Under the pieces are notes generated by a model that was not told where the DNA came from, made no database searches, and saw only the letters and a list, made by a program, of their open reading frames with translations. A DNA stretch of 63,675 nt, filler included, from Globobulimina sp. (taxonomy: Eukaryota), in NCBI GenBank assembly GCA_003354225.1. It is 53 parts of 53 records of this genome, joined end to end, with 100 filler letters (N's around TTAATTAATTAA, not from the genome) between each part and the next. Parts side by side here need not be neighbours in the genome. Positions count along the whole stretch, not along the records: positions 37,314 to 38,416 come from PIVH01023448.1; positions 38,517 to 39,619 come from PIVH01023449.1; positions 39,720 to 40,822 come from PIVH01023450.1; positions 40,923 to 42,025 come from PIVH01023451.1; positions 42,126 to 43,228 come from PIVH01023452.1; positions 43,329 to 44,431 come from PIVH01023453.1; positions 44,532 to 45,634 come from PIVH01023454.1; positions 45,735 to 46,837 come from PIVH01023455.1; 45 more parts are not named here. The stretch is one strand, 5' to 3'. Below are positions 37,214 through 48,823 of this stretch, in pieces. The position numbers were made by a program, and so were the translations under genes. Numbering within the stretch: the first letter of the stretch is position 1; each line of letters begins with the position of its first letter.

Positions 37214-37863
37214 NNNNNNNNNNNNNNNNNNNNNNNNNNNNNNNNNNNNNNNNNNNNTTAATTAATTAANNNNNNNNNNNNNNNNNNNNNNNNNNNNNNN
37301 NNNNNNNNNNNNNACAGATCAAAAACTACAGAGACCACGGAATAGTACTCGGTCCAAAACAGAATGTTTACGTAACATCGCACTTCAAAACGAATAAAAA
37401 TACGTTGTCTCCACATTCTGACACAGTGGCATCAGTTATGCAAATATCGTATGAACAGTTTAGAATCAATAACCGAGACAATGAGCAGAAATCCGGTTTA
37501 TACGCAAATGTTAATGACAATGCGGTGAATGATGCAGTATGGAATAATAACAGAATAAGTCCAAATGTTGGCAATATTTGCAATATCATTGATTGTGAAA
37601 TGCAACACTCAGATACGATTCCGCCAAATCAATTGGATATTAATGTGTATTCAGATTCGGAGCTGAAACATATTAAATTATATCATCAAAAATGTTACGC
37701 ATTATATTATTTGTTTTTGTTTGTTTGTTTTTTTTTGGGTGCCTTGCTGTGAGGCGATCGATGTCCTTTTCCTTTCCCTGTTGACCAATTTGGTTTGTCG
37801 GGGTCCTTTGGACAGGAAAGTATTATATTTAACATTTTATAGATTTAATATTGATATATACAG

Positions 37864-38189
37864 TGTTTTGGATACTTACATCGTGGGATAAACAGGACAA
37901 TAATAAACAAAAAGGGAATATAAATTTGGTAAATGATGATGCTGAAAATGATGACAATAAACGTGCAGAAATTGAGTTAAATGAAAATGTGGATGTGGAT
38001 GCAGTGCGGTTATGGTTGACAAATGAAGTTAAATTGCCACAGTATATTGATGTATTTATCAAAGAAGGATATGACTCAATAATAACAATTAGGGAAACAT
38101 TGGATGATAATGACTTGTTAGAAATGGGAATACCAAAAAAAGGACATAGGAAAAAAATAATGTTTTTCATCAAAAAAATGAAAAAATAA
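37864..38189 (+). CDS. C-terminal exon with SAM domain
   Basis: VRLWLTNEVKLPQYIDVFIKEGYD..LDDNDLLEMGIPKKGHRKKIM. Confidence 0.85.
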
Positions 38190-38582
38190 ACAATCGATAT
38201 CCTTTCTTTAACAGATTGTTGTGACAATCCAAAATTCAGTCCTGTCTGAGGTCAGAGAATTGCATTTCTTGATTGCTACTGGTTCAAATATGGACAATTT
38301 CTAAGAGATTTTCATTCTGTGGGTCAGCAACATGTTGAACATGTTGTGAATTTTGTTCAACATGTAATCATTTTAAGAGTTTCTATTGTAACTTTAGAGA
38401 TACAACATGTTGAACANNNNNNNNNNNNNNNNNNNNNNNNNNNNNNNNNNNNNNNNNNNNTTAATTAATTAANNNNNNNNNNNNNNNNNNNNNNNNNNNN
38501 NNNNNNNNNNNNNNNNAAATACCAATATTTTAAATCATTCAATATGGATAATGGAAGGATAAAATTATGGTTCTTGGGGTAT

Positions 38583-39375
38583 TTACCAGAACGAATATTG
38601 GAATGAATGAATTGCAGCAATTAAATTCCAACACAACGCTTTGGTTTGTTGTTTTAACTGGGCCCAATGCATTATAGTACCACAGAGGGATTCAAGGGCT
38701 GCGCCAGTGATAACTCTATATTGCAGAGTATATAGGATCAATTGTTTGAAGTTGATATTTGTTTGGAGGGATACCGACCATTTTATTTTGTAAATCAAAA
38801 AAGACCACATATAACACTGCAGATTGACAAGCATGGATATAACCAGATTCTTTCAATGATACTTGAACGTTTAGTTCAGCCATAAGTGTATCAAAACGTT
38901 TCTCCATTTCAATGCAGTCGGCTTCTTTGACTGCACCTAATACAAAGTCATCAATATGAACTAGGGATTTATTTTTCCATTCATGATTAAAGACTTTATT
39001 ATCTAAAATCCATATTAAAATTTGTGCAAAATATTGCGAGTTGGCTGGTGCTGACGCAACACCATAGGGCTGTTTTCTATCACGCCATAATAATCCAAAC
39101 AGGGAATAACAGATATAATCGCTGTCTTCCTCACAAAGTCCGATTTGACGGAAGAAGTCCGAGAGGTCACGGATAGCAAAAAAATTGCAATCAATCAGGG
39201 TTTTTATATATTGCTTTAAATTTGGGAGAGATGGTATTTTGCATTTAATTGGGCGAATCAATTCGTTAATGGAGGAAGTTGATTTGGTTTTGAACGAACC
39301 ATTTCGTATGACACGGAATTTGGTGTATTTGCCCTGTCCGTCTTTGGCACATTTTTTGCGGAACAGAAGTGTGGC
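38583..39375 (-). mobile_element. DIRS/Ngaro-type reverse transcriptase, frameshifted near 38755
   Basis: KFRVIRNGS..SIN, DLSDFFRQIGL, QPYGVASAP, LVHIDDFV; second frame YRVITGAALESLCGTIMHWAQL. Confidence 0.85.
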
Positions 39376-39719
39376 TCTTTTGCTATGTTTTATGGAACAA
39401 TCATTGCGGAAATGTCAACGTGAGATGTAGTGAGTTTATGGAACAGTTTTTAGAAGTGCGGAAACGCAAAGCGGAAAATATATACAGCTCCGCAAAATGA
39501 TTTTTCGAGTTAGCTTTAATAAAATAATTAAATAAAACAATCGCAAACAAAAAACAAACACTCTTGCTTTGCTCTTTCTGTTGGCGTGGTTGTGCTTGTA
39601 GCTGCTGCTTTTCATCATTNNNNNNNNNNNNNNNNNNNNNNNNNNNNNNNNNNNNNNNNNNNNTTAATTAATTAANNNNNNNNNNNNNNNNNNNNNNNNN
39701 NNNNNNNNNNNNNNNNNNN

Positions 39720-40654
39720 ATTATTTGGTAAAATGTTCCAGACAACATAGGCAGAGTTACATTAAAAGAGTTGTTGGTAAAGAGAATGTCTTCTTTTCCC
39801 CTTCATCTCGAAACGCATTAAAGAATAAATATGTCGCATTATCGAATAACGATGATATTGAATTAGAAATGAATGGAACGTTACCATTTAAGATTGCTGG
39901 TGAAGCACCGAAATGTAAAAAATTACAATTTATCAATGACCAGATTAATACGAATGATTGGACTGCCGAGGATTTTCGCGTATTACGAACCGATTTATTT
40001 ATTAATTCCACATTCCGTAAAGCAATCGATGCTTGTCTCGCTAATAAACATAAATTAATCGCAGACGACAGAAACGACCTATTTAATCGCATTTATTTAC
40101 GATTCCAACGACCTTGGCAAGCACGCGCCAAAGAATTAATTGAAACGAGATTATCACAATCCGATATTAAAGACGATGATGATGATATTAATATGTTACA
40201 ATATTATGATGAGGCACGAAAATTCATCTTTATTCGAGGCATTAATGGTAAAGAAGGTAAATCATTTTTAATTAAACATTTAGGTATTAATTATTCTGCC
40301 ATCACCATATCTCCAATGGCTACTATTAATGATATCAAACATATATATAATTACGAAAAAATAGTATTTGTCGATATCCCCAAAAGTATTCGACCAAGCT
40401 CAATATCGAGACAGTTTTGTGGTTTAATTGAACAATTCTTAAATGGTATTTTTGTATCCGGCAAATATAATTCAACCATCAAGACATTTACTCCTCCACT
40501 AATCGTTTGGCTATCAAATTATTACCCAAGTCGTGATAAATTCTCACCAGATAGATATATGGTGTTTGATATTGTCCAGCAAGGAACACAAGATAATGGT
40601 CAAGGTTTAGAATTAGTAGAGAAAACAAGAGAATTTCGTAATAACGAATTATAA
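39720..40654 (+). CDS. rep: CRESS-DNA virus-like replication initiator (Rep) with SF3 helicase, 5'-partial
   Basis: RPWQ, Walker A GINGKEGKS, Walker B VFVDIP, IEQFLNG..SGKY, motif C WLSNYYP, Arg finger SPDRY; no introns. Confidence 0.8.
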
Positions 40655-40922
40655 ATAATAACGAAGCCATTGTAACAAATATTTAAATATTTAAATTGAA
40701 AAACACTTTTCACTAACTCTTCACTAACTCTCGTCTCTCGTCTCTCTCTCCTTTTCAATGGAATTATTTTTCGCCCGAATAAGTGATGACACAATAATTG
40801 TCGGTATTTGTTCCCCAATTACNNNNNNNNNNNNNNNNNNNNNNNNNNNNNNNNNNNNNNNNNNNNTTAATTAATTAANNNNNNNNNNNNNNNNNNNNNN
40901 NNNNNNNNNNNNNNNNNNNNNN

Positions 40923-41885
40923 CGGAGAACCTAGACATTGGGAAACTGACAGAACGGTCGTCAAATCGGAGCGGATATATCGGTCTTTAGCAGCATCAGA
41001 TTTCCAGCGACCACGGGCTTTAAGGAGATGAGCAGGAACACCATGATTGGCAGCTGAAGTAGCTCCACCAGACCGGAAACTGTGGGTACCATAATCGGAT
41101 GGATCGGTGCCAATAGACTGTAAACCAGACTGAAGCAGTTCACGAGCACGGCCATAACTCAGGGCTCGATTGATTAGACGTTCACCTGTCGAATCGTGAC
41201 GAATAACGCGGAAAAGAGGCAATGTAGAGTCAGAGGTATACAATGAGCCAAGGTCCATATACTGACGGAGGGCTTGGTAGGGACACAAATCGTCTAATGT
41301 TTTAGCCAAATATACTTTCTGTCCAGCCCCAAATTGGTCTGTTTTACTGCGGGGAATAGATAGAACCAAATATTTATCATGGAATTGAACGTCAGCCACA
41401 CGAAGAGCACTAAGGTCCGCAAAACGCAGAAATCCAAAAAAGGAAACTAAGCAATATGCGATAAAACGAACGTTTGTTAAAGTAGGTGAGGAAAAATACT
41501 GCACCAGTTTACGCAAAAGATCAGACGAAATAGCTTGCTTCTGTCGGATGGGATGCCCAACTCGACGTTGTGCTTGAATGACAGCTTTACATACAAAATG
41601 TGTTGTAGGGTCCGGAAGGCCACAGACCTTATGGGCCCAACCAATGGACGAAAGGTAAACTTGCAAGGTAGATGGCATAAGGCCTTTTGAACGGCACTGT
41701 TCCAGAAAAAGTGCAATAGAGACGGAATCGGCTGGAATTACTGCATAGCCAAATGACTCCGCCCAGTGAAGCCACCGAAGAAAATTCGTGCAATAAGTAT
41801 GTACTGTATTGGGTGCATGAGATGCCATAACGGTGCTGATCAAATGGTGCGTTTCGGGACGATCCCGCCAAATACCATATTGCAT
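40923..41885 (-). mobile_element. Tyrosine recombinase of a DIRS-order retrotransposon
   Basis: SAM-like N-terminal domain, FFGFLRFAD (R), PRSKTDQ (K), GTHSFRSGGAT (HxxR), GRWKS, DRYI (Y). Confidence 0.9.
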
Positions 41886-42125
41886 GAGAACTGAAATAAC
41901 AAAGGGTGGGTGGGCGGGATCTGATTATGGCTGATTTAGATAAACGACAAAAAGAATGAAATAGCCAAGAACGAACGAACGGCCGGATTTCGTCTACCAA
42001 AACGCCGTGAATGAATAGGCTTCTCNNNNNNNNNNNNNNNNNNNNNNNNNNNNNNNNNNNNNNNNNNNNTTAATTAATTAANNNNNNNNNNNNNNNNNNN
42101 NNNNNNNNNNNNNNNNNNNNNNNNN

Positions 42126-42547
42126 ATATGTGCAATGATGATTGGGTGGGACTGTCTGAGTTTTTTCAGAATAAAATTGTGAATATGAGTGAAGCTGAAA
42201 TAAGCAATCATGGCAAAATAAAGAAATGTTTGTCTGATCATAATATTGATGGAGGACATGTGTATTATGAAAATAATGTAACTAATGTACGTGTGCGTGG
42301 ACTAGATATTTGTTCAAAATATTCAATTACGCAAATTGGTGTTGATGAGATCAATGAGCGGATGAAGCGATATGTCTTTCATAGACAGAATGAGATCTAT
42401 AATGAACATGGAGTTAAATTAATTTATTATGATCAGGTGAAGCTGTTTAGTGGACACTGTGATAAAACCTATGATGGCAGACATTATACGAAATTGTTGC
42501 CTGTTGAAACTGTGGCGGTATTTAATATCATCCAGAAATGGTGTTGA
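42126..42547 (+). CDS. Hypothetical protein C-terminus (possible SGNH-like DGxHY)
   Basis: Ends CDKTYDGRHY..VFNIIQKWC*. Confidence 0.4.
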
Positions 42548-42671
42548 TTTCTCAATGGAATTACAAATATGTTGTTTTGATATCATATTTAATTATAATT
42601 ACTAGTATTTAAAATAAAGTTCACCATCTAAATATCTTCTTGCTTTTTGAACTAAATAAACTAATCTGATA

Positions 42672-43228
42672 ATGGCTTTTTTATCCACGTATCTTTCCCT
42701 CAAAACGGATGACTCCGCATTAGGAAGATATTGGATTGCAAATGAAACGATACCAACTGGCACATTGTTGGTAAAAGAATTACCCATTGTATCAATAACA
42801 AATTGTCAGATTACAAACAATGAAATCATAGATCCCATCAATAATAAAAATCATTCATTCTGTTGGAGCTGTTGTTCATTATTTGCATCAAATGTATCAA
42901 ATGCATCCAATCATTATTGCAGCAATGAATGCAAATCAGTTAAATTAGTTTTATTGTTTATAGTATAAATTTATCCCTTACACTTTGTTTTATTTGTTAA
43001 GGAATCAGCTAAAATTATGGATATTGTGTTAAATCCATCACTTTCATTCAATAAATCCATTCAAAATGATTCAACATTACGATTAACGCTATTTATGATT
43101 CTTAAAACTATCCATACTGATGATGATAATGAAAATAAAAAAGAACCAAACCAATTATTATTCACTCAATTCACTAAAACACCGTCTAAATTCTATCAAA
43201 TATTCACAAATAAAAACGTTATCAAAAA
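42672..43228 (+). CDS. SET and MYND domain (SMYD-like) protein N-terminus, intron 42939-43001
   Basis: DSALGRYWIANETIPTGTLLVKELP, FCWSCC..YCSNECK. Confidence 0.7.
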
Positions 43229-43972
43229 NNNNNNNNNNNNNNNNNNNNNNNNNNNNNNNNNNNNNNNNNNNNTTAATTAATTAANNNNNNNNNNNNNNNN
43301 NNNNNNNNNNNNNNNNNNNNNNNNNNNNCAGTCTGCATATCTGATACCAAATCATTTTATTATTCTTGAATTCAAATTTGTAATATTACTACATCCGACC
43401 ACAAATTATTCTTTGATTCTTTAGACCCCTTTGTTAGAAACATTTGGCAATGATTCATTGACAGATGTCTGATTGTTGACAGTTTTTGGCGATGAATCAT
43501 TGACGAACTTCCGTTTCTTCGTAACGATGGAGTCTTCTTTGGATTTCTTGGAGTCTTCCACAATCTTTGTTGTGTTGAAGCTTTGTTGTGTTGACGCTTT
43601 GTTGTGCTGAATCTTTGTTGCGCTGAATGTCAAAATCACACTAACCACAATAGTGAGGTTTCTTCTTGCTTGACAAATATTTCTTCCCCCGCAGGGTGGG
43701 TTACTCCACAGTTGTGATTCTGAAATTCGAAAAAATAAAATTAGAATTCCACACACACAAAGATTTATGGCACATTGCTCCAAATAGTCACTTCACTGCT
43801 CCAAATAATTTGCATAACAGATACGCTAACCAAGGCTTGTAGTGATTCATTGGTCCCCCTTTCATCAATCAGTTAATCCTTTCTTTCACACTATGAGAGT
43901 TGGATGTTAAGTACATATTCAATTAGTAACATATTAGTCGGTATACTGTAAAACGGCATGACGCAAAACATA

Positions 43973-44431
43973 TTAATGTAAACTTGAAGTTTGACCACTT
44001 TCCATTCGGTAAATAGTGGACCATAATTGTCGACGGGTACAACTTTTGGCGTATTGCTTTAGTGTTGCGTCAGTAAATCCGCAATCTTGCCAAAATTTCT
44101 TTTCAACTAAATTATCGTCAGTTTCTGTCAAAAGAGTCGTAGCCGCTTGCAAAATTTTTCGCATTCGTTCCGTTTCACCTTGAATATTACATAAGGGGGA
44201 ATTTTCGAAAATTTTCACAAAAACAGTACCAAACCAAAAAGTTTCAATTTCTTTTCGAATTTCGTTTTCTTGTTGTACTGGCATTTTTGCAGTCGTTTTA
44301 TATTTATATCGCTGACCAGTTAACCAACAAAAACTACGGTACTGCTTTCGGCTCATTTCACTTATCGGCAAACGTCGAAACGATTTTGCTTTTGGTCCTT
44401 TCACTTGCAAAACTTCAACTTTCAAAACATT
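43973..44431 (-). CDS. Hypothetical protein
   Basis: 150-codon frame, no motif recognised. Confidence 0.35.
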   Translation of the reverse strand, partial: NVLKVEVLQVKGPKAKSFRRLPISEMSRKQYRSFCWLTGQRYKYKTTAKMPVQQENEIRKEIETFWFGTVFVKIFENSPLCNIQGETERMRKILQAATTLLTETDDNLVEKKFWQDCGFTDATLKQYAKSCTRRQLWSTIYRMESGQTSSLH

Positions 44432-44531
44432 NNNNNNNNNNNNNNNNNNNNNNNNNNNNNNNNNNNNNNNNNNNNTTAATTAATTAANNNNNNNNNNNNN
44501 NNNNNNNNNNNNNNNNNNNNNNNNNNNNNNN

Positions 44532-45634
44532 ATTGTTAACAACAATAATACAATACATTCAATCATCATATAAGTCAACTTAATGCCACTAAATATTTGT
44601 TTGTTGGAATTTAATTTATTGATTGACTCTGACGATTCACGTTGGATTAATATACATTGATCACTGTCGATCTTAAACGATACCAATATTGCAACAAATG
44701 CAATAAGTAAAGAACAAAACGTCCATACAATATACACAAAAAAAGATATAAGTACAATACATAATATATTCGGATTAGTTGCATCCGATTGATCCAAATC
44801 TTCATATGTTTTAATGCTGACATTTTCACCAAAGTGATGACCAAAAGTAATAAAAAATTCTTTTAAAAATAGCTCATTTTTTTCAATATTATCATCTGTG
44901 TTTTTACGTTCCAGCCCATTGATTGTTTGAATAATAGTTTTATCTCTTAACGAATTCACTGATTTAATAAGCAAATAAGAAAATATTAAAATTAATACAA
45001 ATGTAATTAACCACACAAGTGACGCGTCTCTGATATCATTTGGGGTAAAATACGTATCTTTTGTACACTCGATATCATCTAAAATGGAAATATCATCCCA
45101 ATATAGAAACGAATGAAACATTAAAATAACTTGAAAGGAAATAATTGTACAAAATTCCGTAATTTTTGGTTTAATAAAGGTAAGTAATGTTATTGGTGAT
45201 TGCATTAAAATATATGGATGTAATTGCATATCTTCGTCGTCTCTAACTCGATCATCATGTAATTCATGTTTAGCTACAATATAAACTACGATACGTATAG
45301 GAATTAGCAATGCTAATATATCAATTAAAAATAAAGCAGAAAATTCAATTTTGGCAGAACCGTTGAATCGAAAACAATTCTCATTAAACTCCAATATCGT
45401 GGTTGCGGACATAATCATTGTAACCACAGTTAATAAGATCCATATTAATATAAAACAAATACCACAACAAAATGGAAATGCAGTATTTGGATCGCTTATA
45501 TTTGAAATAAAAAATATGTCAACGTCAATATCTGTCGATTTATCACCAGCTTCAATTGTGTACTCCAATGCTATTCTACGGCCATAAGAATATATCCACA
45601 TTACAAATAATGTTATAATTATTGTTATCACCAT
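44532..45634 (-). CDS. Multi-pass membrane protein fragment
   Basis: Frame open across contig with about seven hydrophobic segments. Confidence 0.6.
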
Positions 45635-45797
45635 NNNNNNNNNNNNNNNNNNNNNNNNNNNNNNNNNNNNNNNNNNNNTTAATTAATTAANNNNNNNNNN
45701 NNNNNNNNNNNNNNNNNNNNNNNNNNNNNNNNNNGATTTTGATGGAAGTTAAACAAAACAAAGAGTAAGGTTTGGTTTTAAAATGCAAGTCTTCATA

Positions 45798-46837
45798 TCA
45801 TATATATAATGCCTGTATTTTATAGTTATCAGCAACAATTATTCTGCCTGTAATGGAATCATATCTGACACTACAAAGGCCCAGAGGCAGTCCATTGGGC
45901 AGTACACTATGTAAGAAGGCGTCGTGTGTTATATTCCATTCATGCGTTGTATGCAAGAAATGATTGGGATACTTTGCATTCACTTTACTAAACCAACAAT
46001 CTTTCTCATTCTCATTCTCATTCCGCTTGCAATTGACATTATTTTTATTTTTTTCAATGCGAAAGAATTTCTTATTGGATGTAATTATATATATTCCACC
46101 ATGCAACTTATCCACATCAAAGGCGGTGACAAATACAGTGGCTTTCACCTCATACTCATATTTATTATGTTTCTCTTTTAATTTCAACAACATATACAAA
46201 TCAATAATCTCGCATCGATTTTCTTTTTTGATTCTTTCCAGCCGCAATTCATTCATTTTATTTTGCAACAAAGTCAATGTCTGTTCATATTCGTCATTTT
46301 CGACATCATCCATTGCTTTGTGCGATATACATTTCATTTTAGCATTTAATGCTTGTAATTCCCGCGTAATTTGGACAAACATAAAAGGTATCTTTACTAA
46401 AATGGGTTGGTTCCAAATATTTAATTCATTCTCGTTGTTTGCAATCGAATTACAAATTAGCCACAATTCCTTTTTATAAGACACGATATTATACAAAGTA
46501 GAGCAGCTTCGGATATTCAGATGTTTGGCAGAAATGTCACAAAAATTCAATAAGCTCAATAAATACGATGAGTCAAAATAAAAATGATTGAAATCATATC
46601 GTAAATAATCCATACTGTCATAGCTCGTATAATATAAAATTCTGTCTTCAATGCAAACAGTCTCATCATCCATTATTACATAGCACACACTCTCCAAATT
46701 ACTGTTCATCAAACATAATAATTCTCTGCCATCCGACGAAAATGTCAAATCTGTTATTTTGCACTTTTTGTCTGCCGAAATGGTGGCAATGGTTTTAAAT
46801 TTCTGAGTGTTGATTGAACATTTTTCTTGAAATTGAT
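45798..46837 (-). CDS. Hypothetical protein (beta-propeller-like ends, central coiled coil), 5'-partial
   Basis: ITDLTFSSDGRELL..; ..VRYDSITGRIIVADNYKIQAL*. Confidence 0.5.
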
Positions 46838-46937
46838 NNNNNNNNNNNNNNNNNNNNNNNNNNNNNNNNNNNNNNNNNNNNTTAATTAATTAANNNNNNN
46901 NNNNNNNNNNNNNNNNNNNNNNNNNNNNNNNNNNNNN

Positions 46938-47570
46938 CACAGTGAGTGCTGAATGCCGTGACTTAATCAGCCGGTTATTACGGACAAATGTCGCGGATCG
47001 GATGACTGCCGAAGAAGCCTTGGAACATTCATGGATTCATACGAATAATACGCAGGCTTTGAGTAGGAATGGAAGTGAGATTATAATGAATCCGACAATC
47101 ATTCATAGTTTGCAGTCATATACAAAACATTGTAAATCTGTCAAAGACTTCTTTGATGTGGCTAACAAAAATAGAGATGGCAAAGTAAGTGCAAATGAGT
47201 TGTATGAGGCATTGAAAAGTATGGATAAATGCGTTAGTTTGGCAGAGGCAAAATGTATATTATGTTCATTGGATGGCAACAATGACGGATATGTGGATTG
47301 TAATGAATTGCTGTCATCGAGAATTAACAGAAAGTTGCAATCCAAAGAAGAAAGGTTATATAAGCAAAGTATTCAAAGCATTGGATTTAGATAATTCGGC
47401 TAAAATATCTGCGAATGAGCTAAAAGCCGCAATCGAGTCAATCAATGAGAAACATTCAAAAGTTAAAATCCAAGAATGTATGCAATTAATTGGCGATGCA
47501 TGATCTTAATAATGACGGCGAGATTGACTTTGAAGAATTTATCACTATGTTCCACAATACAAAATTTTAA
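46938..47570 (+). pseudogene. Calcium-dependent protein kinase (CDPK-like) C-terminus with four EF-hands, two frameshifts
   Basis: SAECRDLISRLL..RMTAEEALEHSWI; EF loops NKNRDGKVSANEL, DGNNDGYVDCNEL, DLDNSAKISANEL, DLNNDGEIDFEEF in three different frames. Confidence 0.75.
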
Positions 47571-47637
47571 TTAATGTGTCTGCCCCTTATTTAATTTAAA
47601 AAATTATTGATTTTTCTCAACAACTACAAGCAACTGA

Positions 47638-48040
47638 ATGTCGTCGTGTGTGCACCAAACATCAAATGAAGGTGAAAAGGCATTTAATTTCGATGGTTGG
47701 GTGGATGAGAATGGTTTAAATGATATTAAACATATATTTATTAAACATCAGATGGTAAATCCTGAAACATTATCAACGCAATCAGCATCATTTAAAGATT
47801 TTATGTCCGATCCTCAATTAATTGTAAATCATCCACTATTAATATCTGTGGCTATTTCTGCAATGCAAAAATTAACTCCTTCAATTATCAGAGTGCGAAT
47901 CGCCGAGAATGAGCAAAAAGTGCATGATAAAATGGAAGAAAACCTTGAATCATTGCATAAAATGGAAGTAAATGTAAATGTGTTAAATAAAGAATATCCG
48001 CAAAGCGTGGACCGAATAAATAGTGATAAAATGAGACAGA
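47638..48040 (+). CDS. Hypothetical protein with SAM-like N-terminus and coiled coil, 3'-partial
   Basis: FDGWVDENGLNDIKHIFIKHQM. Confidence 0.45.
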
Positions 48041-48227
48041 NNNNNNNNNNNNNNNNNNNNNNNNNNNNNNNNNNNNNNNNNNNNTTAATTAATTAANNNN
48101 NNNNNNNNNNNNNNNNNNNNNNNNNNNNNNNNNNNNNNNNATTGGATTTAAAAGCAACAGATATAAATAGGAACAATCTTAATTGGGTCTAAATAGGCTG
48201 ACTGGAATGAAATAGGTACAGCTGATG

Positions 48228-48823
48228 CTATATGGTATTCCATTCCAGTTCCCGTGGTTTGATCCGTTTCTTCTTACAAATCAATGATTTTTTCTGTGTA
48301 TCGATCCGCATACACTTTCTCATATCGTGTGCGTCCTCACCATCACTACCATAATATTTCTCGACAGTTCTATAAATGCAATAACCCAATTTTTGATAAA
48401 ATCCAATGGCGACAGAATTGCTGGCACGGACAAATAAATCAACAAACCATGCTTTATGTATGTTATTTGTAATATGTTCCAAATCATTCATTAAAATGGT
48501 GGCTAAACCTATTCTGCGATATTGTGGTGATACAGTCACAGCACTTACATGTCCATGCCATGACTCATTCTCTCCTTCAGCTTTTCCAATAACTGCATAT
48601 AAACATAACATATATACGTATACAGTGCAAGGATATGGACACAAATAACTAAACTATATCCCATTACATCGCCATTCGCTGATCTTGCAATTCTAAAGTA
48701 TTCGGGCCATCGCGCCATGTATAACATATAAAAACTCATTGAATAAGTCTCTGTCAATGGATCTAAATTCACTCTGTTGATGGACAATAAATCCAATAAA
48801 TGAAAATCTCGTAAAGTTGTCAT
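48228..48823 (-). CDS. NAA20: N-alpha-acetyltransferase 20 (NatB catalytic subunit), complete, intron 48593-48654
   Basis: MTTLRDF..VNLDPLTETY..FYMLYMARWPEY..MGY|IIGKAEG..WHGHVSAVTVSPQYRRIGLA..FVDLFVRASN. Confidence 0.95.

Noticed and set aside
41629-42000. ORF overlapping the tyrosine recombinase as Pol C-terminus
   Set aside because: No RNase H or methyltransferase motif recognisable in the visible part
38517-42025. RT, Rep and tyrosine recombinase in a row as one composite element
   Set aside because: Three separate contigs placed together only by length; base composition differs
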